Assembly (NCBI GenBank): GCA_052426225.1
Contig: JBNJNM010000006.1
Location: forward strand, 1,302,001-1,366,000
DNA: 64,000 nucleotides
Reading direction: 5' to 3'
Source of the DNA: Zancudomyces culisetae HAW-14-8
Taxonomy: Eukaryota > Fungi > Kickxellomycota
A program made the translations under genes and the position numbers. This document shows positions 8,173-20,900 of this stretch, in pieces (within the stretch, counting starts at the first letter, position 1; every line of letters starts with the position of its first letter). The notes under the pieces are model-generated. The model did no database searches. It was not told the DNA's origin and worked only from the letters and a program-made list of their open reading frames with translations.

Positions 8173-8541
8173 TGTCGTGAATTTAAATCATTATAATTTA
8201 TATTTTATCCAATGGGTTTTTAATTAGTTGCAAAGATGGATAAATTAATTTCACGTAACATCCTTGTAAATCTGAGAATCACACCGTCATAGATGAGTCA
8301 TGGGAATCATCTATAAATGATTTCAACATCTTTTCCCATTCAACAAGGGGAAACACCCTGTTTCAATATTATTATTATAATTCATATTTTACATGTTTAA
8401 ATCAGTTATAACTTTATAATAAAATTTATTATAGTAGTAGTTCGTTAGACCCAAAAAATTATAAAAGGGCAAATAATTAATATCTAGTTTTCGATATGAC
8501 TTAAGCAAATAAAAATATAAAACTATAATATTCACACGACA
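8173..8541. mobile_element. Solo LTR E
   Basis: TGTCGTG...CACGACA 7-bp inverted termini; flanks CTGT/GTGT (3/4 match). Confidence 0.7.
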
Positions 8542-8546
8542 GTGTG

Positions 8547-8799
8547 TGTTGTGAGTTGCCATGTTTAACCTCCCATTTAGTGTTTTTTAAACCAAATAAC
8601 ACACGGGGCGATTCATTTTACTTACCTTTTACTATATGCTGCGAATAATATATAGTAAATTATGATTTTGCAAAAGAGGACATTTATTTAGTTAAACAAA
8701 AATTTCAATTTTATACAATAAAATCTACAAAAAATAAACTAAAAATTACAAAACTCGTTTAACCAATGATAATTTTTCACCTATTGTAGGCATACAACA
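8547..8799 (-). mobile_element. Solo LTR F (second copy of D)
   Basis: Full-length direct repeat of 7914-8167 with about 20 differences by eye. Confidence 0.85.
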
Positions 8800-8802
8800 T
8801 CT

Positions 8803-9064
8803 TATCATATAAAATATTTATGTTATAGATTTCTCCTATTGTAATTAATAGTGTATTTTTATTTGTTATTTATTTTATAGTTATTCTAGTTGATTTGTAG
8901 TATTAAATCAATGAAATATTTAGTTAAATAAATTTGTCATCTTTTGAATATAATAATAGTACATATAAATATATATTAATGGTAACTATTTGCGGCCCGT
9001 CTCGTGTAGTGCTTGGAAGCCAATAGCTTTCAAGTAGGACGTAAATCATTACTACTACACGACA
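8803..9064 (+). mobile_element. Solo LTR G (B/D/F family, inverted relative to D and F)
   Basis: 3' end CCCGTCTCGTGTAGTGCTTGG...CTACACGACA is homologous to unit B. The 5' end is decayed (TATCATATA). ATCT occurs at 8799-8802 and 9065-9068. Confidence 0.65.
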
Positions 9065-9067
9065 ATC

Positions 9068-9176
9068 TGTAATATTTTATTTATAATTTAAATAACATTA
9101 ACCCGTTATGGGCAATTAAGTGTCTAAAAACTTAGTTATTTACTTCTCGAGTGAGTATTTATGCTAACTCGTTACA
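9068..9176. mobile_element. Short TGTAA...TTACA unit H (possible deleted LTR)
   Basis: 5-bp inverted termini and position in the stack only. Confidence 0.3.
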
Positions 9177-9187
9177 GTAACTAGCAA

Positions 9188-9723
9188 TGTCGTAAGTGTA
9201 GACAATTGTGTTTATTTTCTCAATATTCTTTATTACTACTCAAAATTAATATTATATATTATTTAAAAAAAAGATTCAAATCCTATTACTTTTCTTGATA
9301 ACGACTAACCTGTTATCAATGATAGAGATTGAATAAAACCCTCCATAGGGAGAAAAGTCCAATCACCAATGATAATAAATAAATAGATTAAATTAAATAA
9401 ATAAACTGCCAATCAAAGTTGGGCAGGTGTAAACCATCGTTATTTATATGACTAGACTTGTTAGATTCAATTTATTATCAATTCTATTTGGTTCTACTAG
9501 AGGGGTGGTATCATTAGACTCGGTCTAACCCTTTTAACTAGTTACCACTTTCTAGTTATACATTTAAACGGAACCGGAACATTTATATGGATCAAAAATT
9601 GACAATTTATTTAAGATTCAAAATAACAATTTCTTCAATACTAAATTTTACTAGAAAAACTAATAAAATTACTAACTATAAAATAAACCAATAGTATGCA
9701 AACGTTCTATTTTGCATACAACA
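9188..9723 (-). mobile_element. Solo LTR I
   Basis: TGTCGTAAG...CATACAACA. On the minus strand it starts with hairpin GTATGCAAA/TTTGCATAC followed by ATTGGTT, like the other LTRs here. Confidence 0.55.
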
Positions 9724-10063
9724 GTCACAGTAATAGAATAATTGTACCGTCAATACTAATTAAGTACGAATTCTTATCATGAATATGACATGAATAGATT
9801 TTGAATTAGTATTGTTACAATACTGATTCAAAACACTTATTTTAATTGAAACATTTTGTTGTTTTAATCATTTACTTAAGTAATGATAAACACAAAACTA
9901 AAATTATAATAATAACATTAATCTTACAATAGTTAATCATAATATTATTACATGTTTTTATTAGTAATATTTATTGAATCTATATAGTAATATTTTTTCG
10001 CTATGAAATCCTTAGCGATAAAATATTATCTTAACCTAATAAAAAAATTTTCAAGCAACAATC

Positions 10064-10839
10064 TGTTATGAATACACATGTATCATAACAGTTGTCGGGT
10101 GAGGTTGGGTGCAGCCTCATCCTTTGTCGGGTTTTTCAATTGTAAAAAAACATGATCCATAATATCAGCAAATGGGTCACGTGATTCTTTGGGATCCACT
10201 TCCATAGAAGTGGCTCCCGAACGGTCACTATCAGATGAGTATCTGCCCTCATCTTTTTCTGACTGGATCCATCTGGGTCTAAATTTACTCATGAAGCCTG
10301 ACATTCTTTATGTGAGATTTTAATAGTTTCTAATATGTCAAAACTTAATATTCATTAACTAGCCGTAGCACTATTCCTAATAAACTTCTTAATTATCCTA
10401 AACCTGGATTTTAATTCTGAATTGATATTTATTTATCTTACTTTCCTTTTTCTTATTAAAACTATCAAAAGAGCTGAGGAATCCTCATCGAGTCTTCCTT
10501 CGCTTATATATATACTATTTTATTTAACCTAATAAAAGCTAATTCAAATAACCTATGTTTCTACTGTATATACTGAGTTGTATCGTGTGTTATCGTTGTT
10601 ACTTCGTTTTCGTTTTCATATTGTTCCTATATTTGAATGTTGATTTCCTATAATCTTTTTAATTGTATTTTTCGTTTTATAATTTTTTTTGTGTTATTAT
10701 ATATATTTTCAAAAAAAAATAATTATCATAGTATTTTTAGTGATCAACTTTTAATAGAATGTTAGTTGATTGTTTATGTAGTAAATTAAATAATTGTTAA
10801 AAAATGTGAATTCCGATCGACATCGGAATACACACGACA
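10064..10839 (-). mobile_element. LTR-like unit K containing a 73-codon ORF (10083-10304)
   Basis: Minus strand TGTCGTGTG...TCATAACA. Hairpins at both ends (ATTCCGAT/ATCGGAAT; TGTTATGA/TCATAACA) and a TATA-like run at ~10505. The junction ACA-ATC-TGT (10058-10066) is identical to 9062-9070. Confidence 0.5.
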
Positions 10840-13800
10840 CAGTATTGTATAGTTAATACAACATTAATTAAAATATATTAATGACAATACATGTGTATCA
10901 TTAATATTAATTAATTATAAGTTTATATATTTAATTATTCTATTTTATTAGTTTTAAACATAAATATACTCATTAATAAAGATGTATGCTTATAGTTTAT
11001 TATAAATAGTTTTAATACTCATTTAAGTTTTATATTAATATTTAAACAAACTTAATTGTATAAAAGGAGATACAAATCATTTTCATGAACAATTAAGTTT
11101 GTCAATCTCGTTTATCAATAATAAAGATATTATTAACTAATATTATATTATTACTGTGTGTTTTAAACTAGTATAATTAATAATAACTTTTATAAATTAA
11201 CTGTGTGTTATTAGTTAATATCAATATTATTGGTATAAATTGGTATAATATTGGTATCTAACATTATTTTATAAAAGTAAATTAATTTTATTTATTCACG
11301 TAAAAGATTCAACATGTCGAAATGAAGATATTTACAAAATGAAATTGTACCAATTACAGTTTGTATAATATTATTAATTTTAAACTTGTCTTCTGTAAAT
11401 AAGTACAATTTATACAAATGTAACTGAATACAGAATACAAATTCAATATGACCTAGATAATCTTAAATCAACTTTTAAATAGAATTTCTAAAATTCAATT
11501 TACAAGCATATGAACAAATATAATATCTAAAATTATGAACCGAAGAAGACTTAGAGTAAACTAAAATACGCATCAATTGAATTTTTCACTCACCGTAGTT
11601 AATACCATAGTCTTGTTCATAAGTTTGATAGATACATTTATTGTTTAGAATGAATTGTACTTAGATAGTATTTTTTGAAAACCACTGTAGTAAAAGTAAA
11701 TAACACTTTCGAAATCTATTGAACGAAAACTTCAGAGAAAAAATCTTATTCAATATATATACTACATATTTCTAAACTAATTTATGTTTATCAAATAGTA
11801 ACTGAGGATTAATAACTACACGTTAGCTTTTTAATATAATTTTATCTGATAAATGGTTACTTTAATAATCATCTATATTAACAATAATATATTATAGTGG
11901 TTTTATATATTTTAATTAACGAATATTATGGGATAAAGTTTATGATAGTTTAAATTGATAAATACCTTTACTTACAAATTTAAATTATATTATTTTTTAA
12001 AATATTGTTTTTACATAATACTTTTAAACAAAATAATTACAATTATCTACTATTATTCTTTGTCTGAAAGTCTTGATTATTACTTAATACTGTACAAATA
12101 GTTGTTAATAATAGTATATTTTTTATGTTTCAGAAAAATTAAATATATTAATTAAACATATGTAATTGAACGTGTTTTATTGAATATACTGGTTGAAATT
12201 CCTAATGAATTACAGCTAGGTAAATCCATTTAATAAACACTTATGTAATAGAATAAATGTATTAGGGTGATAGATGTCACCCGATTGGTTATGACAATTT
12301 TTTATAAAGATTCATTCTAGGTTTTTTCAACTAACTACCTTGAATAATTAAAATTGATTAACATTACTAAAGTACACTAATAATTTATAAAATGATTTTA
12401 TATTAGCCTTAATTTATTCTATTTATTTTAATGAATACATCTTTCTATTATTACAAACTAGTTCTAATAATAATACTACTAGTCGAGCGGTAATATTAAT
12501 GGGGAATTTTTAAATTAATATATAGTTGCTTAATACTATAAATTATTTTTTACATTTTGTTGTTTATAATTCGATTATATAAATAAACTGAGATGGATAT
12601 ACTCTCACACCCTAAAAATGTCTTAAAAAACGTTTATTTTGGTCTTAATGTAGTGTCAAAACTCGTTGGAGTATGGATTTTTGGTTTAGTACTATAATTT
12701 ATATATTAATATACAATTTTTTTTAGATAAGAAATGTAAAGTTTAAAGAAAAAACAATAGTTTTTTAATTTTCGAATCACTAAAAATTATGTCAGAGATT
12801 GACATTACTTAAGGTTTAGCTTTCTAATCAAATATATCATAATATCAACTAGTTTAAAGATTATTAATTTTTTATGAATATAATGTTCTAGGATATTCTA
12901 GGGAAATCCCAAAACGTGAATTGCAAATTTCATAATTTAAATAGACACAATGGTCTATACTATATATTTATTATTGCTATGATTAGTAGACTCTGACTAT
13001 CTTTTATAAGTTTGAAAATTGTCATTTGAGTTAAATATTTAACATATTTATTATTATTTACCATACATTATTTCAGTTATATTTTAAATAAATAGATGAT
13101 ACGACTTCTATTTATAACAATTCATTCGTTGATCTCGTTCAACTTCTATTAGTATAACATATCTAATTTATCTCGACTTTGTTTTTATAAAATTATGAAT
13201 ATATTTTATAATTTAACTGTGATATTAAGTTATAAACTATAGTATTGTTTAATTATTGGTACAAATAAACCGAATTTAATTTTATTTCAAATTTAAACCA
13301 GTTGGTTGATTGCTAAACGAAATCCTGATAATTTCTATCTAGCTACTTGAATCAAATTCAACAAAAGTTAATAATTATGAGTACTCTATTGTTCAGTACA
13401 ATTAAATATATAGGATTTTATTACGATACCAGTCCAAGTATCAATTTCAATTTTAAAATATATGCTACACAGTTTTTGTGAATAACTTATATTTCTAACA
13501 TGGTGAAATATTTTTATAAAAATTTAAGTTAAGACCAGCTATATTATTGCACAGCGCTTGTTAGAGCGAAAATTATCATAATTGTCTCCATAAATATCAT
13601 ACCATTAATATTACCGAGTACACTATTAACTATGTATAACTTGTGTTAAATTTAACAATCTCATTATATAAATGTGCTTTAATAAATTAGCAATGTATTT
13701 TATTGTACGCAATTCTATTGAAATAGGAAATATAATCAATAGTTAAATTGCAAATATAGTATCTTCAAAACTCAGGGCTCATTAAAGCAGACATAACAGC

Positions 13801-15125
13801 ATGGGTTGATGAACGAGAATAATTAATCTATCACTCGTATAGTTTGTATTTAGCTCGTTTAATAGTCTCAAATAGAACGAGCATTAGTAAATAATCTTTG
13901 GCTTACTATATCATGAAATTTACAATATACCATTGTAATAGGAAGTACTAAAGTTAGAATCTAATTCATAACATTTCAATATCTTTGGTCGTTAAAAATA
14001 TCAATAGTAAAATTTATGTATTTGTGATTATTATGTCTCGAATAATATGTTACGTCATTATAGATTTTTAAAAATATTTGGTTCCAACTCTATTAAATGG
14101 TATTCATACAAATAAAAAATATATATTGAAAAACATATTTGAGACTGAGCTTTAAGATCATAAGTTATTGGAATAAATAGTTAATAACTACCACAGATGC
14201 TAAGTCGGGTCTGGTATACAGGTAAAATAGAGCAAAATAAAACAATATTATTACGAATCTTCTCAGGCTTTCTAGATCCAAAAGTATGGTTGTTGAGTAA
14301 ATGTTCATATTATACAAATTTTATTTTAATCGTAAATAATTTTATGAAAGCTAGTATACGTTATACATCAATAACTATTGAGAGCCAACGCCAAGCTTGC
14401 TCTTTGGCAAAGCAAGGATAAATGCAGTTATATATTGCAATCATACTTATTAAATTTATAAGAAGCATTGTAAAAAATATTTATATGTTATATTAAATAT
14501 TTTACTCGAGTAAAATTTAAAAAAAGTATATTTGATTATAAGAAAATATAACAAGAATAGTACTGAAATCGAATAATCATGTAAAAAATTACTCTTACAG
14601 CTTTATTCATAAAATATCCCTAGTTTTGAACCAAAAAAAATTTTTTTTACTCGTTTAATTTTTGAGGTATAGTTTGTTGGAATACTATACTATTATGAGG
14701 AATATATGTGCAATTAACACAGTTTCGGTACAGTTATTGTAAAGTTTGAAGTTATGATAGAAGACTCATTATTAGAATATAATGCTTTATAGAATATACA
14801 TAGTTTCAGTAGTTGCTATGAGTGAAAAAAGTAGCTAAGTTTGGTAAAAAAAAAAGGGGGGGGGTTTACAACAAAGCGGGTGTTGAAAAGTCAAGAAAAT
14901 CAGAGAAAAAAAATAGTATTGGATAGGCCCGAAATTTTGGATTTTTAGAGGTTTGAGTAAAATAAAAAAGAGTAGAAATATCGACAGTAGTCGTGTGCAA
15001 TGCTGTCATGCCATAGTGATTTGCGTATCATTAAGGGGTTCGTATGCATTAAAATTTTTGAGTAATTTGGTACGTTTATCTCAAAATGACAATTGCTATG
15101 GTTTGTCTTATCATTTTTAAAAAAT

Positions 15126-15923
15126 TTATTTAGCGCCATTTTTTCCACCATCCTTTCCATCGTTTTTGCCTTTGTCCTTTCCATCGTTTTTGCCTTTGTC
15201 CTTTCCATCGTCTTTATAACCCTTTCCATTATCTTTATAGCCCTGACCATTATCTTTATAGCCATTCTTATCATCTTTATAGCCATGTTTATCATCTCTG
15301 TAAACATTTTCACAATCTTTATAGCCATGCTTATCATCTTTATAGCCATGCTTATCATCTTTATAGCCATGCTTATCATCTTTATAGCCATGCTTATCAT
15401 CTTTATAGCCATTTTTATCATCTTTATAGCCATTTTCACAATCTTTATAACGGTTTCCATTGTCTTTATAACGATCTCCATCATCCTTATAACGATTTCC
15501 ATCGTCCTTTCCACAATCCCTATAACCATATACATCATTCTTTCCATTATTATACAAAAAGCCATATCCACCGTTTTTTCCATCATCCTTTCTGCCGTTC
15601 TTTCCATCATCTTTTACATCATCTCTTTTGTTGTATCCTCCACAGCTTTTATAACTATTTTTATCATCGTATACTACGCCATATTCTCCTTTTTTTCCAT
15701 CATCTTTTCCATAATGTGCATTATCATGATATTCAGGCTTCATCTGCACACTGTAGACGCTTTTTTCGTCACCACGTGCTTTGTAGCGGTTATATCTAGG
15801 ATTACTGCGTCTCTTGAGCTGCACGCCAAGGTTATGAGCTCCATTTACTCCACCCGGGATATGCATACTATTTGCGCACGCGGAGTAAAGCAATGTAGTT
15901 ATGAATAGCTTTCCAATTGTCAT
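15126..15923 (-). CDS. Secreted Gly/Tyr/Lys/Asp-rich repeat protein (GYKDDKH heptads)
   Basis: 265-aa ORF with a signal-like N-terminus, an LKRR dibasic site and 21-bp tandem repeats. The leader is homologous to 51040-51627. Confidence 0.85.
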   Translation of the reverse strand: MTIGKLFITTLLYSACANSMHIPGGVNGAHNLGVQLKRRSNPRYNRYKARGDEKSVYSVQMKPEYHDNAHYGKDDGKKGEYGVVYDDKNSYKSCGGYNKRDDVKDDGKNGRKDDGKNGGYGFLYNNGKNDVYGYRDCGKDDGNRYKDDGDRYKDNGNRYKDCENGYKDDKNGYKDDKHGYKDDKHGYKDDKHGYKDDKHGYKDCENVYRDDKHGYKDDKNGYKDNGQGYKDNGKGYKDDGKDKGKNDGKDKGKNDGKDGGKNGAK

Positions 15924-18900
15924 TTCAAAATTTTAATTTTGATTCCTGGTTTCTTGATTTATGGTTGATATCCTTATGGAAGGTTAAAATATAACAGTAA
16001 ATTTTGTTACAATATTAATAGCGCTATCTGCGTAAGAATATTTGTAAATACCGATAAGGTGTTAGAACGATGGGTTTTTATACACAATTTTTAATGGTGT
16101 ATTAAAGTAGTACACTGGTTTTGATAAACGGATATAAAACTAGTAAGCAATAAATCTAGAGCTATACTCACTTTTCTCATGATTAGAATGCATTTTACCC
16201 ATTATGCATAACATATAGCTCATATCTGTGTAAATTCTTGGTTCTCTAGAGGATTCTGGATTATGTTGAACAATTCGACAATCCGGTAGGTTTGATATTT
16301 CCATCCCTGTGAATCTCAAATGAATTTTTTCTTAATACGATAAACATTTAGTAACTGATATTACAAAGTTTAATGTTACATATAATAACAAAAGCTGCTA
16401 TTTTCTACCTCAATGGGATGTTTATAACTTGAAGATAATTGTGTTCGGCCGTTTAATTGACAAAAAAATTTATGACTTCTCCAGAGGAGTTATATACAAA
16501 CAAGCTTATAATCAGCTTAAAGGCTATTACTTCAAATTTCTAATCAATCTTTTCACCAGTTTATTCTAGGGAAATATTTAACTCAACTAGCTTTGTATTT
16601 ATTGTTATCACGATCATGGCACTATAATTTGAAGGAAAGGCCAAGCGATACAATTATTAAAACTATTCTTTGGTATTAACAATAGCAGTTAAAACGACAC
16701 ATTCACTAAATATCGTCGGTGCTAATAAAAATGAACTATTTTTACTATAAATAAGTGCTTAAAATGCTAACTTAAGCCTCGTGAGTTGTGGAAAATGTAC
16801 AAGCACTTTTTAATTTGACAAATACTCCCATGTATTTGGAATCTATTACTCATAATTTAACAGTAAATAACGGAGTTTTTGTGTTAACAATTGTAGAATT
16901 TATGTGCAGTTATTTCCGATAAGGCTATGATAAATGTTGGATTTCGAAAAAAATGTTCGGGAAGATTTGCAATTTTTTGCTTAATTATTCCCATTCATTA
17001 ACTTAGTCTATTTAATCAGAAAAATATTTTTCACCAAATATAATATGATTATACTTTTTAAAAGTTGAATAGATGAATATTGGAAAACGGATAATTAACT
17101 GAGAAAAAACAAATTATTCAAAATTGAGAACAAAGACAGTATTATTTTTATTAGCAATCACAGCATCAAAATGGTAAATCGATCATTTTGGTATCAAGTG
17201 TGTACATACTACTATCTGTGAAATAACACCCATTCTATCTGCTGTAATTCTTTTTCTAACTCTTCACGTTAGCTTTTCTACCACCATCCACGTTAAAATT
17301 AAAATAAATATTCAATTTACAATAATGATGCTAAAAGTTATAAGCTTGATTTTTCCCCAAGTTATATGGTGTAACCTAGTCTAAATCTTATTGTTTATTT
17401 ATGTTGTATTTTCTGCAATTTAATTTTATCAATTTATTCAATATTTAATATTTTGGCTAGAAACTATTACGACGCTGATTGCAAGATAGGAGATAGGGTG
17501 TCTGCTCATATTATCCAATTTAAAAAATAATTTAAAATTTACTTTGACTATGATTTTTTTGTGCATTGGCCTACTGCATACAAATTCATTTACACTATAA
17601 AAAGTATCATAATAAATATTCTTATTGTAAAAGTTAAAAGATAGTTAAATTCAATTTTACCACTTTTTCATTTTAAAATTATACGTACTTGGTCAAATGA
17701 GCCACTTGACGAACAATTAGTTAGTAAACAGATTTGGAATTCCTCCTGTCTTCCTTGATTTTATTTCGAAAACGAGGTTCTTAATTTGATGCTTTTGACA
17801 AATAGGCCAGAACCGAACTTCATGATCAGGACTAGATTCTGTGGGAATTAGGCTACTTTAAGAGATACTTTGACGCTTTGCCTATTATATATACTTTTTC
17901 ACTACCTGTAATAATTATTACAAAATTGAGTATTTTGCCTGTTTACTATCTTATTTCCATACATTTGTATAACTGTATACACTATTGAAAAGGTAAGCTA
18001 ACTTACATAGAGTTTTCAATTAAAATACATAAATTGAAGATTAGAATTAACTCTGAATCAATACAGTGTGAGCTTGGTATTCCTAGAGGAATAGAGAGAA
18101 GTTGGTTAAATCTATGCTTTTTGGGCTCACTTTTTGTATTCATGTGATATTTACTAATATATCGATAAATATAAAGAAAAATTACAGATTCATCACCTAC
18201 AACCACAAAGTGCGTATTAATTACTTAAAAGTAGCTTAGTCTAACAAGTGTGCTTGCTTGAGTAACCTAAAGTTTACATTCAGTATAATGGGGGTAGCTA
18301 GTGATTTCTTTCAAGCAATGTATCTGGTTAATTACTCTGATTATATAATTGTTTTGGCAAATTAGCCAAAATAGAAAAAACACTATAATAAAAGAGTACT
18401 AAACATAAATTGACATTTGTACCCACAATATGAACCGTGTTATTTGAAAAAGATACAATAAGACTGGTTTTGATAGCACGCAGAGATAAGACTGGTTTTT
18501 ATTTTAGAATTATATGATTCATTTTTATAAAATTTTAGCATTTTTTTCTGGTTGTGGGGGTATCATTTATCTTGCCGAGTGTATGAGATTGGGGCTTTTG
18601 TGACATTTTCTTTGACGTAAGGTACTAGAAATGTTTTGTCAAAATCGATTCATTTCACAAAATAATACTCAAAACTAAAAAAGTAAATAGAAAGAGCAAA
18701 ACAAATGACTTTGATGAATACTTAGTCTAGTTTGGATAGATGTGCACAAGTGAATACACGCTTTACCAAAAGCTATGATTTGTTGCTATTCTCATATATA
18801 TTATAGGTACAACTTTGTAGTTTTGTGCTACCAATTTACGGGGATATGCTTACAATAATTCATATATTAATTCAAACTCGAAAATACCATAAGAAATCCA

Positions 18901-20900
18901 AAGGCAAAACAGAACGTGAACCCTCCACCATACACCACTTTTCGATTAGCAATTTTTAATAAAACCAAAAAATCTACGCTTATGTTTGCGTACTTTGAAT
19001 TTCAAGGTATTTTTCAAGATGAAATACAGGGTAAACTCTAATTTTAATTTTGATCATTGCCAAAGTGTAACAACATGAAGCACAACTAACGCGTTTAGAT
19101 ACCCTTTTTAGAGAGAATTATTGCTTAACTGAGCTAGAAGAGCGAGTATTGAATGAATCTTCAAAATTAGTCATTTTGAAAAATGATGTCAGGAGGGCTG
19201 GATTATGTCTTTATCAGTACAAAAAGTGTAATATATTTGCGGTTTGCGCCTAAAAAGAGGAAGAAATTTAACTCTGAATATATTTCGTCATAATATTCGT
19301 GTAGTATAAAATTTATCAAGATAATATTACCAACTGGATAGACACAAATTTTTTTTTAAAAAAGTGAATAGATCAATACTCAGAGTTGAGGTAAAGTTGC
19401 TAAAAATGAATTATGTATAACGTTTAGTTGTTTTGAGATGCACTTCTTATATACAGTTTCCTATACTTCCAGGAAGTTACAATAAAAAGTAGAACTTGAA
19501 ACGATTCATTTACCCTCAGCGCAAGAATAGTTTTAGATTAACGGTGGCAAGAATAACTGTAGCTACACTCGTTACAATGTTATTGTTTGGTACCACTTCT
19601 TGTTTTAATGAGTTTGGAATTTAAAAAATAACAAAGCTTTGTAATCTAAAATAGTAAAAATTTCATATTAATAATGCAAAATATGAGTGTAAATCTCTTA
19701 TATAGTGGTAGTGTCGCTGATACTAGTTTGGCATTATACAGTTGCGTTATAATTATCCACTTCATTTGTTGTAGGAAAATACACAATTCCAATATAATGC
19801 ATGATATTACTCCTGAATTATTTTTAGGAGAAACAACAGATAAACCACGATAATGAATATTTTAGAGTAACCTATCTTTTGTATTTATTCAAAATGAAAT
19901 AATAGAAAAAGCAGTTGGTGTATAGGTAGTACTGATAAAAATATTAAACCATAGCCTATAAGGTTTCCGGCTAAAATGAGGCAGCTTTTATCTGCTGGTT
20001 AAAATGTTAATTCTGGAATGGAGAGCTAAATGTTTTACACAGTACGTGTGAAGTATAAATGATGTCTGTAAATCCGTCGCGTATAACAAGTAAATACACA
20101 TAAAAGTCAGGCCATCTGATTGGAAAGTGTATTTAGTTTATTCATACGGATGGATCTTGGAGTGGTGGGAATGATGGGAATGGTGGGAATTTTGGGAATG
20201 TTGTGATGCTCATCGAGTGCAAAAATAGAGGCACTTTCATATGCGCAAACGTATGCTGTGTATTATTATAGAACAAGTACACACAGCATGCACCCATACC
20301 TGTGTACAGATATGCTTTTACACTCGCTATTGAAAACTCTAGAAATACACAGAATAGTGAAAAGCTTACAGACATTTCTATTTTATACTTTCAAAAAATG
20401 GCCATACGCAAACTTGTTTGCGGGTAAAAAGATAATCAAAGGTTATGGACATAAGGCATATGAAATTAATACACTGTGTTTAATACAGCCTAATACCGAT
20501 TGAGAAGGTTCGAACCGAAATTATCAGTGCATGGTTAATAACTCGAGAGCACTTTTAATCTAAGATCTAGAAATGTTAGAAAATAGACTAGTATTACTTA
20601 ATACTGCCACTGAAACCTTGTAATATTATTCCAGAAAACTTGGTTTGACTTTTGGTGTACAACCTCATATAAAAAGATATAATTAGCATCAAAAACTTAT
20701 TTTTGATTAAGTGCAAGTTTATTCTTGTGTAGCTTTTTTTCTATTGAAAGCTCTTTATAATTTCTGAACTTAGAAAATATAATATTCATGTTTATACCTA
20801 ACCTAATAAGCCTTGTTCAATTCTAAGAGATATTAATGAATTTCTTCAAAAATACTAAAACGGACTTTTCAGAGATGGTAGACTTAAATAAAAATCTAAA

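Noticed and set aside
7717-8180. Short ORFs 7717-7902 and 7908-8180
   Set aside because: They overlap tRNA-Gln and solo LTR D and show no protein-like features.
7914-8799. D+E+F read as one miniature LTR element (TRIM) with D and F as its LTRs
   Set aside because: D alone has a perfect GCTG TSD, the outer flanks (GCTG vs TCTT) do not match, no PBS or PPT is visible, and E has its own TG...CA inverted termini.
14945-15908. Long hydrophobic ORF 15093-15908 (+) and Met-rich ORF 14945-15610 (-)
   Set aside because: Alternative-frame shadows of the 21-bp repeat; only the 15126-15923 frame carries the conserved leader.
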